The notes under the pieces were generated by a model that did not search any database, was not told where the DNA came from, and worked only from the letters and a program-made list of their open reading frames with translations. DNA of 64,000 bases from Monocercomonoides exilis PA203 (taxonomy: Eukaryota > Protista > Preaxostyla): NCBI GenBank assembly GCA_001643675.2, contig LSRY02000002.1, forward strand, positions 682,001-746,000, given 5' to 3'. Positions 13,101-25,700 of the stretch are shown here, one piece after another. Each line of letters opens with the position of its first letter. The stretch's first letter is position 1. A program made the position numbers and the translations under genes.

Positions 13101-13686
13101 CGTCCATTCAACACCACAAGACAAACCGTCCTTTTTCTCCTCTCAGACGCTGCTGTCTCCTCTCTCATCCTTTTGGAAAGAATGGACCTGCCCCCTCATT
13201 TCAGCCTTGCTCCATGCTCTTTCAGCACCCCCGCGGCCGATGCAGACGTCTGTTGCTCTTTTGGGCTCTGCTCTGCTTCCTCACATTCCTTCCCTCTCTT
13301 TGGATCGTGCTCCTCAGACAGCCCAGAGCTTTCATTCATTCAACTGCAGTCAGACGTCTGTTGATGCCCTTGTGCAGCTGATGGCAGAGTCTGCGAAGGA
13401 GTCAGCTTCTACATCTTCAATGAGACAGCCAACTGCTTCATCGTCAGTACTTTCGCTTGTTTCTTCTGTTGGAGGTGTTCTTCCTACCCATCATAAATCC
13501 ATCTTGTCAACCATTTCATTTCTTATCTCTCTGCTTCCTTCAACATACGAAAAACTTATTTTGACTGCCATTAAATCTTCTCCGGCTTTAAGAGGAAAAA
13601 CTTCTCTTGAAGATATTCTAAGAAAAGTCAAGGAAACGTCTGATGGTAAAAGAATTTTACAATCTCAACAATTAAATTTGCCTTGA
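7117..13686 (+). CDS. Importin-beta/karyopherin family HEAT-repeat protein (transportin-SR/importin-13-like), 3 exons, about 2150 aa
   Basis: Exons 7117-7275, 7326-7387 and 7443-13686 splice in frame via GT-AG introns. The N-terminus YITTFQQSPGSMLICFEGIAQQQIEAPIKLYIARILNMIVLHSWNKLSSDAKNQLFCLLL fits the importin-beta N-terminal domain pattern. The subfamily is uncertain. Confidence 0.65.
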
Positions 13687-13838
13687 TTGATTTGAATTCT
13701 TAATTTTAAACATAGTAGCAAAATAATTTTAAATATTATTCATTTCAATATTTTCGTTGTATTAGAAAATTTTTGATAAATTGAAAAATTGATCTTACAC
13801 TTAATTCGAATTCATCTGCCGTTTGAAATCTTTTTCCG

Positions 13839-14436
13839 ATGTCTTCGTCTGACAGGCATGCTTATTCGTTTTGCACATAAGTCATAACATTTTCATTTGC
13901 AACCTGAAATTAATTTTGATCAATTTTAAGTAAAAAAGAAGAATTCAGAAAGTATCTTGAACGATCTGGAGTGATTGATAACTTAACAAAAGGTTTTCCA
14001 GTTTAATGAAATGCTAACTTTATAAATGTGCGATTTTCATTTTCCTGATTTTCTTTTTTCTGGTGTAATGTTTTATACTGATTGGAAAACACAATTTAGT
14101 CTTAATTGCTCTTTATGAAGAACCAGAGAAACCTGCAAATGCAATAGAGTTTGCTTTTGAATGATTTTTTTTGCCTTGAAATTTATTCCAAAATATCTCT
14201 TTATTATGTTTCTTTTAATGCTTTAATTACAAAATTTGTCAACATAATCATTTCACGTATTTTTACAAATTAACTACAGATTTGTACGACGATTCCTAAC
14301 CACTCCAAGCGGAATTGATGTTGATGCACTTGTTGCAGAAAATGAAGAATTGAAAAAACGAGTTGAAGAACTATCAATGGAAGTTGAACGATTACAACAA
14401 ATGCAACAAGCTCAGGAGATTTCAAATGGTGAATAA
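13839..14436 (+). CDS. MYCBP: c-Myc-binding protein / AMY-1 / FAP174 homologue, 4 exons, about 94 aa
   Basis: Exons 13839-13855, 13931-13992, 14100-14148 and 14280-14436 give MSSSDSKKEEFRKYLERSGVIDNLTKVLIALYEEPEKPANAIEFVRRFL... plus a coiled coil. This matches the MYCBP signature SKREQFRRYLEKSGVLDTLTKVLVALYEEPEKP. Not in the ORF track. Confidence 0.92.
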
Positions 14437-14775
14437 ATGTGAATTGCCTCAATTCTAAACATTCTTTCTCTCTTCTTGATCAAATCATTTCATCATATTT
14501 GCCTTTCTTTAATTCTATCTTTTTGTTAAATTAAATCTATTGAACATTTTTGGATTCGATCTTTTTGATTGAAATAGCAATATAATTTTTGAAAAAGCAA
14601 AAAACTTAAAGAAAAAGAAAATATATAAACGACTTAACCATAAACGAAAATACACAATGAGAAGTCAAAACATGAAAATAATGAATGAACTGTTGAGCTC
14701 AACGAAAAATATCCTTAATATCACAAAAAATTTTATTGATTAACACAGACAAAACACCAAAAAAGTGAGGAGTAC

Positions 14776-16641
14776 TCATTCGTTAGAGCTACTTTCAAAA
14801 ACTACAGGAAGCAAAGAAGTCAATAACCTATTTGATTTTAGAGATGCATTTTGACGCGTATCTGAAGAAAGATTAGGTCCGTACTGTGACAAACGCTTGG
14901 TGGAAGTTGCCTGAAAAGAAGAAGAAAAAGAAGAAGCAGGCGAAAGAGTCTGCGAAAGCTTCTCAAAGGGAGAAACAGGAGCGCGCCTAAATGTCCCTGC
15001 TGATGAGCTCAGCAGCATCGCCATTGACTGCTTGCCAGAACGGAGCGCCATGTGCACTTCCTGTACTCGCGATGGAGAAGAAGAACGGCCGCGGTTGAGA
15101 ACTGCATGCAGCGGGGCTGTTTGCTTCAGGCGGGTTGTAAACTGCGGGCTGAGTGGCACAGGATGTGTATCATCTACGCAAAATTTCAGGACATCAGAGC
15201 CTGAGGAAGCATCCGCATTTGGTAAAATGGTTTCTGAAGAAGAAACAGAATACATTTGTGTATTCCTTGAAGATGAAGTGCTTTCAGATGACGAAGTTGT
15301 GATTGAATTAGCAGAATAGTTGTATTCTATATCTGTTTCTGAATGAGATAACGATGCCGATGAAGCTTCAGATGATGACAAACAGTCCGATTGATAAAGG
15401 GATTTTATTGGTTGAGATTGAGTATGACTTGATGATAGAAAATCTCCTTTGTTTGACAGCTTAGCTTTTGACCCGTCAAACATCGGTGCTTTTTCAAAGA
15501 TTTGTGGTGGCGATGGACTATCTTTATTGATTTGTGGCTCGTTGGATGCTGCGAATGGAGGAGAATGAGGAGGAGAAGTTGCATCCTCGTTTTTCAATGA
15601 TTGAGTATTGCTAACGTCTTGTGACGCAGAAACAGATGAAGAAATTGGCATGCTTGGACGCCAGTTTGACAATATTGACTGCTGAAGACTGTAAAGAGGT
15701 TCAATTTCAAAAGAAGTCAGAGTTTTCCCCGAATTTAACACTCGAGCAATGAACTCACGAACTTTCTTGACGATGCATTCTTTCTCTTGCTGAAGAATAA
15801 TCCAATCGCAGACAACAGTCTGTTGCATCATTTTGAGTTCGTTCTTGTCCTTTTTAAGCTTCTCAACATCTTGTTCATATTGCATTTGCTGTGAATGGAT
15901 ACAACTCATGCGATTTTCCAAATCTGATCGCGATCGCCTGTGGCAAATATGATTCCTTTCATCACTTTTTGCATCAAAGTTATCAAATGAATAATCTTCT
16001 TTTGCTATGAAACTTTTAGCTTCTGTATCCGTTGAGTTCGGCGACACATTTTTGCTTTGTTTATCGTTTTCGTCTGAAGATGAATCATCTTCGTCTTCGT
16101 CTTCATCAAATTCCAAATCAGAAAGTGATTCACTATTTGAATCACAATCTAACGTAACTGTTTTCCAAATTGACGTTTGTTTTGATGTGTCTGATTTTTT
16201 CTTTATTTTTGCTGTTCTGATTTTTGAAGTTGGTGGGAGCAATTTTGGCATAACAATTCGAGGTTCCACAGTAGCATTGGGTAATGGCTGAAGAGAACGA
16301 AGGCGCGTTGGAGTTTTTTCAAGATGAGATAAATCGGAGCTCGAATGAACAGTCAATACACGATCTTTCTTTGGTGATTGAGAAAGAGATAAACGTGTTT
16401 TTGATTGGGAATGAAGTTCATCCATTTCCGATGAAACAGCTTGACGAGTTGAAGGTGAAAAAGATTGCGGTCGCTTACTAGTTTCTTTTGTTTTTGCTGC
16501 AAGTGGTATCAAAAGAGGTTCTGAATAAGATGATCCATGCTCCTTTAAATTTTTGACCAAATAAGCGGATATGCTGTCTTCTTTAGCATGTATGTTTGAA
16601 GAAGAACAAGTGTGCAAAAGAGGAAGCGTAGAAGCGCACAT
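14776..16641 (-). CDS. Hypothetical Ser-rich protein with a central coiled coil
   Basis: 621-aa ORF with coding-like composition, an acidic tract and a coiled-coil segment (QMQYEQDVEKLKKDKNELKMMQQ). No recognisable domain. Confidence 0.7.
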   Translation of the reverse strand: MCASTLPLLHTCSSSNIHAKEDSISAYLVKNLKEHGSSYSEPLLIPLAAKTKETSKRPQSFSPSTRQAVSSEMDELHSQSKTRLSLSQSPKKDRVLTVHSSSDLSHLEKTPTRLRSLQPLPNATVEPRIVMPKLLPPTSKIRTAKIKKKSDTSKQTSIWKTVTLDCDSNSESLSDLEFDEDEDEDDSSSDENDKQSKNVSPNSTDTEAKSFIAKEDYSFDNFDAKSDERNHICHRRSRSDLENRMSCIHSQQMQYEQDVEKLKKDKNELKMMQQTVVCDWIILQQEKECIVKKVREFIARVLNSGKTLTSFEIEPLYSLQQSILSNWRPSMPISSSVSASQDVSNTQSLKNEDATSPPHSPPFAASNEPQINKDSPSPPQIFEKAPMFDGSKAKLSNKGDFLSSSHTQSQPIKSLYQSDCLSSSEASSASLSHSETDIEYNYSANSITTSSSESTSSSRNTQMYSVSSSETILPNADASSGSDVLKFCVDDTHPVPLSPQFTTRLKQTAPLHAVLNRGRSSSPSRVQEVHMALRSGKQSMAMLLSSSAGTFRRAPVSPFEKLSQTLSPASSFSSSFQATSTKRLSQYGPNLSSDTRQNASLKSNRLLTSLLPVVFESSSNE

Positions 16642-16999
16642 TCTTGTTTTAAATGAACCTGCATTATTCGTTTCTTTAGATCAACTTTTCATCAAGTCTT
16701 TCATGCTTTTTCAAATGTTGGATCATAATTCTCGCATAATTTTTAAAATTGTTTTGCAAAATCTGAAAAGAATGTTTTCCTTCTTCAAATTTCAGGATAA
16801 TAAAAGCATTTTGAGTTAGATAGGCAAAAATTTCCAACATTTCGCAATAATCATTAATCCAGAAAAATTTGTCATAAAACATATCAAAGAGGCACTTGTT
16901 ATATCACATCATGTTTAACATTGCAAATTCAATGATTGCATTTACTAATTCTTCAAAAATAGTTCGATCTTTTGATTTACACCCTTAAACTCATAAACG

Positions 17000-19396
17000 A
17001 TGATCAAAAAATCTTCATCCAATAGTTCTTCTACAAATATTGAAAAATTTGGTGAAATATACACTACCGAAGGATTCGGAAGAGAGATAGACTTCTTTGA
17101 TCCAAGAGGGGAAACGATGCAGCATCGTTTTAGAACATGGTGTAAGAGCTTTTCATCGAAGAATGCTCTTGCATTCAGAGAAAAAAATAAAGACGGGACT
17201 TGGGGAGAATATCGATATATTACATACAAGCAGTTCGAAGAACGAGTGAATCACTTTGGAAGTGGTCTCAGGCATTTAGGATTTAAAAAAGGTGATCATA
17301 TTGGAATCCTGTCTAAAAACTGTGTTGAATGGATGATATATGATATGGCATGTGCTGTACAAGGATTTGTTTCTGTGCCAATTTATGATTCATACGGAAA
17401 GGAAATCGACGGATTCTTGATGACTCATTCAGATTGTATTGCAGTTGTTGTCCAAGCAGAAAATTTGCCAATGGTCCTTTCCCTTGCAAAGGAAGGAGCC
17501 ATTCCAAAAATCAAAACAATAATTGGAATAGATAACCAAACAACTTTTGATAAAAGCTTTGAAGGATGCGATTATAGGTTTTCAGAAGTCTGTAAATTTG
17601 GAGAGGAACATCCATACGAGGATGCAGATGTAAAATCAGACGAACTATTAACAATTGTTTATACTTCAGGAACATCCGGACAGCCTAAGGGTTCAATGTT
17701 ATCCAATGAAAATTTGTGTTCTGGATACGTTATGATGGGAGCAAGAGTTGCTCCAACGACGGATGACGGAAGAGTTATCTCATATTTACCTTTGGCGCAC
17801 GTATTTGATCGTACAATAGAATATTCATTTTTGGAGAAAGGCGGTTGCGTGGGCTATTTTCACGGAGAAATGGCTCAACTTGTCTCAGATTTGAAAGTCT
17901 TTCGACCAACTGCACTTCCAGGAGTCCCCCGTTCTCTTACGAAAATGTATGAAGCTGTGATAAATAACATCAATAAACTTCCTTGGTTTAAGCGTACTAT
18001 GTTCTGGGCCGCATACAACTGGAAAAGAAAACTACCGTTTGAACGAAGAATTCAACAAAACACATGGGCCGATGCAATTTTCAAGAATGTGAGAGATGTT
18101 GTTGGAGGGCAAGTTCGGATTATTGTTAGCGGAGCAGCTGCACTCAATCCAACAATTGCAGAATTCCTTCACGTCGTGTTGGCTGTACCATTTGGTGAAG
18201 GATATGGACAAACAGAAACAAGTTGCTGCATTACAGGTCCTCATCTCTCTGAAACTCACTTTGGAGCTGTTGGCATCCCATTCCAATACATGGAGGTTCG
18301 ACTGATGTCTTTGCCAGAAATGGGATATCTTACAACCGATAAGCCATATCCTCGCGGAGAAATCCAGTGCAGAGGACCAAATGTATTTATGGGATACTAC
18401 AAGGACAAAGAGGCAACAGATAAACAGTTTATGCCTGATGGATTTTACAGATCAGGAGATGTTGGTGAATGGATTCCTGGACCTTTCACAACTTTGGGTC
18501 CACTGAAGAAAGGCAAAGATGGAAAAGTGAAGGAAGGGGAGACAGAAAGAGAACCGGGATTACCACTTAAGTCGATGAGAATCATTGATAGAACGAATAA
18601 CGTGTGCAAAATGACTCATGGAGAGTATGTTGTGGTAGAGCAACTCGAAAGCATGATTGAACAGTCATGGTACGGTGATGATAAATCGTACACAATTAAA
18701 CGATATCTAAATGAGTGGACTATCGCTCCTCCAATCGGAATGGAATTCATCGTGGCTTTTGTCTGTCCAAAATGGAATGCGCTTCTCGACGAATCGAATG
18801 TTGCAGAAACAGGCGCATCCAGCTGGCCAGGTGTGAAAGAGTGGTGGACTTCTACTCCGATTGAAAGCAGAAAGAATGTGCCACAAAATTTGAAAGACTC
18901 ACTCTCAAAGTTGCCATGCGTATCAGATTTCTTCATCAACCAATTTACAATGGTCTCTGCTCGACTTGTTCACCTTGGCAGGATGAAACGATACGAAATG
19001 ATTACGGGTGTCGTCTTGTGCCCAATTGAATGGTCGCCAGAGAATGGATTGACAACAGCTTCTTTGAAGACAAGAAGAACAGTTGTGAAGAAATATTTTA
19101 TCAAAGAATTCGACAACGAAGTTGCCAGAGTTCAAGAAAGAAGAAGGAGAAAGCTTCAGCAATCGAATGATGCTCTTCACAAAAAAGATGACGATGCACC
19201 GTCTGCGTCTTCGTCTTCATCACCAAACTCTCCGAGCATTGCTCCATCTTCCTCCCCAGCACCAGCATCGTCCCCGTTTGAAGTAGACGACTTGCCGCTT
19301 CCAGTTTCTGCCAAGCGCAAGAGAATGATAGTTCTGTTTCTGGTTGTTCTAATTCTTGTATTTATGAGTTTCCGTTCATTCATCAGAAAAAATTAA
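17000..19396 (+). CDS. Long-chain fatty acyl-CoA synthetase (AMP-binding, ACSL/LACS type) with a C-terminal transmembrane helix
   Basis: Motifs YTSGTSGQPKG, SYLPLAHVFD, EGYGQTE, GEIQCRGPNVFMGYYKD, DGFYRSGDVG, IIDR and WSPENGLTTASLKTRR. Confidence 0.93.
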   Translation: MIKKSSSNSSSTNIEKFGEIYTTEGFGREIDFFDPRGETMQHRFRTWCKSFSSKNALAFREKNKDGTWGEYRYITYKQFEERVNHFGSGLRHLGFKKGDHIGILSKNCVEWMIYDMACAVQGFVSVPIYDSYGKEIDGFLMTHSDCIAVVVQAENLPMVLSLAKEGAIPKIKTIIGIDNQTTFDKSFEGCDYRFSEVCKFGEEHPYEDADVKSDELLTIVYTSGTSGQPKGSMLSNENLCSGYVMMGARVAPTTDDGRVISYLPLAHVFDRTIEYSFLEKGGCVGYFHGEMAQLVSDLKVFRPTALPGVPRSLTKMYEAVINNINKLPWFKRTMFWAAYNWKRKLPFERRIQQNTWADAIFKNVRDVVGGQVRIIVSGAAALNPTIAEFLHVVLAVPFGEGYGQTETSCCITGPHLSETHFGAVGIPFQYMEVRLMSLPEMGYLTTDKPYPRGEIQCRGPNVFMGYYKDKEATDKQFMPDGFYRSGDVGEWIPGPFTTLGPLKKGKDGKVKEGETEREPGLPLKSMRIIDRTNNVCKMTHGEYVVVEQLESMIEQSWYGDDKSYTIKRYLNEWTIAPPIGMEFIVAFVCPKWNALLDESNVAETGASSWPGVKEWWTSTPIESRKNVPQNLKDSLSKLPCVSDFFINQFTMVSARLVHLGRMKRYEMITGVVLCPIEWSPENGLTTASLKTRRTVVKKYFIKEFDNEVARVQERRRRKLQQSNDALHKKDDDAPSASSSSSPNSPSIAPSSSPAPASSPFEVDDLPLPVSAKRKRMIVLFLVVLILVFMSFRSFIRKN

Positions 19397-19741
19397 TTAA
19401 TTTGTTGAGAGAGCTTTAATAACTTTGTATTTATTATATTCAACGGTTTTCAAATCTTCTTGGAATTCCACGAAATTTTATTTGAAAAGTGGACATTTTC
19501 AGAATTTTTCCATAATGTTTAACATATATTTTGTTACTATCTTTCTTTTTTTTTTTACGTTTCTTTGATTTCTTCAAACCACTCATATTTTATAAATACA
19601 CGTCAAACAATCTTTATAAGGTTATGTAATATTTAACAGATAAATTAAAACTATATTCAAAAATAAAAATCAACAAAAATCCGTTTAAAAAAAGATAATA
19701 ATACCATGCTAAATACACAATTATTATAAGACTTTCTAATT

Positions 19742-22700
19742 TTAAATCCAAGCCGCCCATCCATAATACATTCTTGATAGTTTTTCCAGCGCAGTTGCTT
19801 CGCTGATGAGAAAATGAACATTTGCTTCAACGCTTTGAGGAGCATCTGACATGCCTCCCATCAGCCTTGTCCTCATTTGTGCCATAATCACCCGCACTTG
19901 TTGTTCTGTGGTGATAATCTCCGTTGGCATAGCATACACTGCATCATGGAAGAGCGATTCCCACACAGACAGCAGACAATCTGCATTTCTCCTTAGCACA
20001 CGCAACACAATTGCACACACACATGAGAACGACCCTTCAACTCCAGTAACACCAAATACATCAACCATGTTCTGGGTGAGTCTGAAAGGCACTATCTCTG
20101 GAACATTTAACCGATTTCCTCGATCAAAAAGAAGACTGAAGTCAACATGCATGACCTCACCAGTTGTGCCAATTAGAGAAATATTATCCAAATGTCTGTC
20201 TCCTAACCCAATAATATATCCAACAATGGACCACACTGCATTAGAACGAACAAAATTTGCTGTCATTTCCATCCAGTCATAAACATCAATACGCTCTGAG
20301 AGAAAGAACTCATGTAGAACAGGAGATGCTAGTTGGCACAATCGTGTAAACTGTTCAATTCGAGAAAGAAGAGCCTTTATTGATTCTGGTTTTTTCGGGT
20401 CGTAATCGATATTCTTTTTGTAGATATCAAAGAACATATGAATAGTATAACCAGTATATTTTGGATAAAGATCACTTACAATTGCACGAAGAGCAGCTAG
20501 TCCGTGAACCCATTCTAACATCCCTGATGAACGAGTTACAGGAATGACAGAATAAGTCTTCATCTGCACATGTCTTGCGCGAGCAACTTCATCACTCTCC
20601 AGCATGTTGTTAACAAGCGAGTTGAATTCCATCAGCCTCATATCTTTTCGCATATCATCTCCTGACTTCACTAAAAACATGTAACTTTTTCCATCACTTC
20701 CCACAAATGCAATCTTTCGAGGAACCATTGCTGATTGAAGAAATTCCACTGTTTTGTCTAATCCGTGAATTGTTACGAGTTGTTGTGTGAGTGATGTTCC
20801 TCGAAGGATATTCCACTGATTACGCTGTGATGAATTTGAGGCAGCTAAAGAAGAACTCGATGATGAAGAAGTAGTTACAATACTTGAACAATCAGATGGT
20901 GCTTTTGATAAACTTTTTTGGTCTTGTTCAATTGAAGTTTGCATAAGTTGTGAACAAGCTGGACGAGCAGAAACATAAGAACCTGGCAATATAGAAAGAT
21001 TTCTGGCAGTTGGAATTGCCAGGGGTATTCGTAACGTTGGAGAAAGCATAAACTTTGCAAGCGGAACACTGCTCAATCGCTTCTTCTGATTTTCTGGTCC
21101 TTCAAAATATTCTTTTGGAGTTGAAAATTGTAACAGAATATTTCTTGCGGTCTGAAAAGCAATCCACGGATGTTGAATGTCCTGCGGATTGAAGCAGTCA
21201 CGTGAAGAAGGGACAGAATGCGAAACACGCGACGAAGGTTTTTTTATTGGCGGGATCTGAGGAACAGGCGGAAGCTGATTAATATCATTTGGCGCTGATA
21301 TTGCTGCCATTTGACTCCCGTAATAATTTTTCATTGCAGAATAAGAAAACTGATTTGTTGATGAGCTTGTATGCTGCTGCATCTCTAAACATTTCGATTG
21401 AATAAAACTTCGATGAACAACTCTACTAACGTTGTCAATAATGATTTTTTGTCTCTCTTGCATCACTTTCTTTATTTCTTCTCGTGACATTGTTTGCACT
21501 TCCGGAACTTGGCGGCTTTGCGCTGCGAGCTGCGGTGCTAAAGCTGCACTTATTTTCCCATTTGCTGTTGTAAACATTACAGATCCTGTGCCTGCATTCA
21601 TAGAAAAGGCGGAAGAACTTGAAGATTGGCCTTGAAGCAGCTGCTGAGGCTGTGTGCTCGAAGGAATTATTGGCTGGAAAGGCTCGAATATTGTGAGAGC
21701 GTACCAATAGGCATGAATTGGATACGCTGACAGAACATTTGCAATAATGTCACTTTGAAAAAAGGCAAGAGTTTTATCGTAACAACTGAGATTAGAAATT
21801 AAATGTGAAAGCACATCATAAAAATGAATTACAGGAATTGATTCGATATATTTCTGCATTTCTGGAATAAAATATGTCATCATAAGTTTCAGTAACAGTG
21901 ACATTGCATGGCGCTGATATTTTATTCCATTTATTAAAGTAATGGATAATTCTTTCACCACTTCAAGAAGATGGAGCCGACTCTCTTTTTCTAACTCCTC
22001 AATTTCTTCTCTTTCTCTGTCTCTTCGCCTTGAGTCTCTTTCAACTCCTCTTCCACTTTTTGTTTTTCCTTCTGATGCTTTCCCTCTCTCTCCTTCTCTT
22101 TCTCCAAAATTTGAAACTGATCTACCTGTCATTTGCATCAGCTTTTCGTTAATTTCGTTCCAAGTCTTCAATGAGAACTGAGCTAATTGAAAATGGCCTT
22201 TTTCCAGTCTTGGATTCATCTCAATTACTTTTCCAAGAAACTTTCTAATATCATCAGCTGGTCTCATTCCAGTTTTCTCCCACAACTTCGCAGCGAAAAG
22301 AGATGCTCTAATGAAAACACTAGCACTCTTGGCATCATCAAGATACATCGAACTTAGCAAGCTGGGATTGCTAACTCTTTTCGAAATTATCGGAACAATC
22401 ATTTTTTTGACTTTGTGCGCAGAAAAAATATTGGCTTGGGTTAAATCTTCTCTTTTTGTGACATCATTTTGCAACATCGTCGCAGCAACTTCTTCTTTGT
22501 TCTGTGCAACAAGCAATTTACATTTTTCAAGTAAAAGTGTCCATTCAAGAGAAGATATCACAGAATCAAGAGATCCTTGAGGCTTTCCCTTGTGACTTAA
22601 TTTTTGAACAGAAGGCGAAACAGAAGACATTTGAATTGAGCTGGAAGGCTGTGGAAACGGAAAGCATGCAAGATGAGATGACGATGAAGGATGATAATAT

Positions 22701-25700
22701 GATGCAGCCAAGTATGGAAACATGCTTTGATCTATTTCATTTGATACAGCTTCTGAGGAAGTCGTAGACAACACTTTGGTAAGATCGCTATTGCTCGAGC
22801 GAGTTTTCATTTCTTTCACAGAATTTAATGTATTCTGAAGCGACTTCAACGACTCAATCTCCACTGATGCAAAAGTGTGCATGGCAGCCGAAGCATCAAA
22901 GCATCCGGCTTTCCGTGCTTGTCTTGCGGTTTCTTCGTAGGAAGCAACAGACAAAGAAGAATGAGTAAAAAGAAGTGTTATTATTTCTGATTCAACATTC
23001 AGCAAAGCAGAAGTAGCCGATGAAGACCCAAGCAAACGTATCAAAGATAAAGTGTCCTGCTCAAAAGTCTTTGTGTAATAAGTTATTGATTGAGCTTTGC
23101 TAATGTCGATAGGATTACGATTTGAAGATGAAGAAGAAGAACCAACAATAATAACGTCATCTTCTTCATCATCTCCATTCTCTTTGTTATCATCGACCAT
23201 TTTCATATCATTTTCTTGTGTCATGATTCTTTCTTTAAAAGAAGGCTTGTTTGCTTCAAACTCTCTGTTCTTTGGTTCTTTTTCCATTTCTCGCATCCTT
23301 CTTTTGCGACGCTGTTCTTCGCTGTCTTCCTCGCTTTTAACAAGTGCAATCCACTGGTTAATCAGATCAAAGTACATATGAATATGTTCATTTGCTATCT
23401 TCATGCAAGCTCGACTAAGTGAATGAAGCAGCTCCAGCTCAGAATATGATGGGTGAATAACCTTCATGCGTTCTGTCCATTCGGGCCATGGCGAAAATGG
23501 CAAATCTGTAATTGAAACAGTGTCTTCTTCAGAAAGCAGTGTTGAAGCAGAAGAAGAAGATGCTGATATGGAAGTTGAAGGTTGCTTTAAACTTGGGGAA
23601 AGTTGAGCTTGAACTTGAAAAGAAACCGACGAGCGCAGGCAACTCAAAATTCTTTTTTCAATCCACAAACACAGTTTGTCTATCCATTTACGGCCAACAT
23701 CAATATCATGAAGAGCATGAAGATGAACCAAATCTGGATAAACGCGAGAGTATGTTTCATTAGCAGATGCTGTTATTCGAGGAAGCAAAGCATCGTGCGC
23801 TTGTCCCATTATTTCTTTAAATAGACTATTGTTCATTGAGGCCATTGCGCTGATGCTAAGTCCAACAAGAGATTCAAAAGAAATGTTTGAGGTTGATGTC
23901 ACAGGGCTATCTGGCACTGAAGAAGATTGACAACCACTATCAGCTTTTTGTTTGAGTCTCTCTTCTTGTGAATGATATAGATCGCTGCTTTCAATGCGCT
24001 CCCATTGCCCCATTCTCCATGTTGTCTGAATTGCAGTGCTCTCAATTTCAGCATTGAGATCAGCCAGCTTTGAAGATAGCAAATGAAGCGAGGCTGTTGT
24101 CAGATCAATAAACTTCTCCCTATTTGCTTCTGTATCTTTTTTCTTTTGATTTTGAGAATCACCACTCGAAGAAGTATTTTGTTCAGAAATATTCTGCTTG
24201 CTAACTTCACTATGTTGGATTGAAGATGATGATCTTTGAACTTCAGATGAGCTCTTCCTTCTCTCTTTCACTTCAATCTTCAATGTTTCATTCATTGACT
24301 CCACTTGCTTCAGCTGACCATTCAGTTCAGAGCTAACAGGAGTTATCGCACTGCGACTGTTAACCATTACTGATTCCCACTGTCCCAATTGGAATGAACA
24401 TCTTAGTAAACCACAGTGAGCAGTAAAGTACACAAGATTTTGCATTGCTAGATATTCCAGTTGTAATGTTGAGAGAACATGTAAGCGCCATTTCTGAGAA
24501 AACGAAGAATGGTTCTCATTTATATATGAAGTTCTATTTGGACGCTTAAGTTCAAGTGATGAAAAAGCGGAAGGTGAAGAAAGAGATTCAATTTTCGAAA
24601 CATTTTGCGTTGAACGAACTGGAATCAATGAAGTTGATTCTGAAACAGGAAGATTCGAAGACGCTAAATCAGAAGTCGAAGAAGATGTTACTGATGCTGA
24701 TGCTGAAGGAGAATATCGCGGGGAGAGCGATTGACTTGTCCGTGCATATGCAAGCAGCTGATCGTATCCACGAGAAGCCTCTCTCCATTGAGCTTTCACA
24801 GAATTGTCAGATATTTCATCCAAAATTGAAGTAGACTCTCTCAAGCGAGCTACACCCCGCAGCTCATCATCGTTTCCAAGCGCTGTATAAATCTGCTGAA
24901 GAAGTGTGGATATTTCGTTAGAGTAGCCCTTCAAGTTCTTATCAGAACGAGGAGTGTAACCAATGATGCGAAGATGCTGATCCAAATAAAACAAAGCTCT
25001 TGGAAAGGCATGACATGCAATTGCTGCTCTTGTCAGAAGCAAAAGTGGAATTCGTTCATAAAACTGTCTCATTCTCGTTCTGATTGGAGAAAGCAAACTC
25101 CGCGTCCTGAGCCAAGACGTCCACTGATCAAGCAATGAGAATATCAGTTGTGCAGACACGATCACCTCTCCTTCGCATCTAACTTTTCGAACTTGAGAAG
25201 AAGAAAATGAAAAAGCAGACGACGATGAAAGTGTTGATACAATTAAACTTGTTTGTGAACCGTTCTTTGCAAGAACTGATGATGACGATGACGATGAAAG
25301 AGGCATTCCATAAGCACAATGGTTCAGCATGCTATCTGATGCTTGTCCTTGCTTTGCCATCCAGTTCAATATCCGATCTTCGTCTTCATTGTACAGAGTC
25401 ATTTTAAGAATTCCACACACTTCATCAACAAGTGCATTCATATCTTTTTCGTCTCCACACAGAACCACCGCTTGAATCATATAAGGAAGTAGAAAAGATG
25501 CAAGTTCAGGTACATCCATAGTATATTCGCAAGCTTTGAATATGTTCACCCTTTCTACAAGCAGTGGGCCAAACAACCAGGGCTGATCATATGGTAAAGG
25601 AGGAGGTAGTTGAAGGGTGGGAGCTTGTATCTGCCTGTGAGAAGAAGAACTGGAAGATGGCGATGGAGTTGAGGAAACAAATGAGGATGGCTTGTACAGC

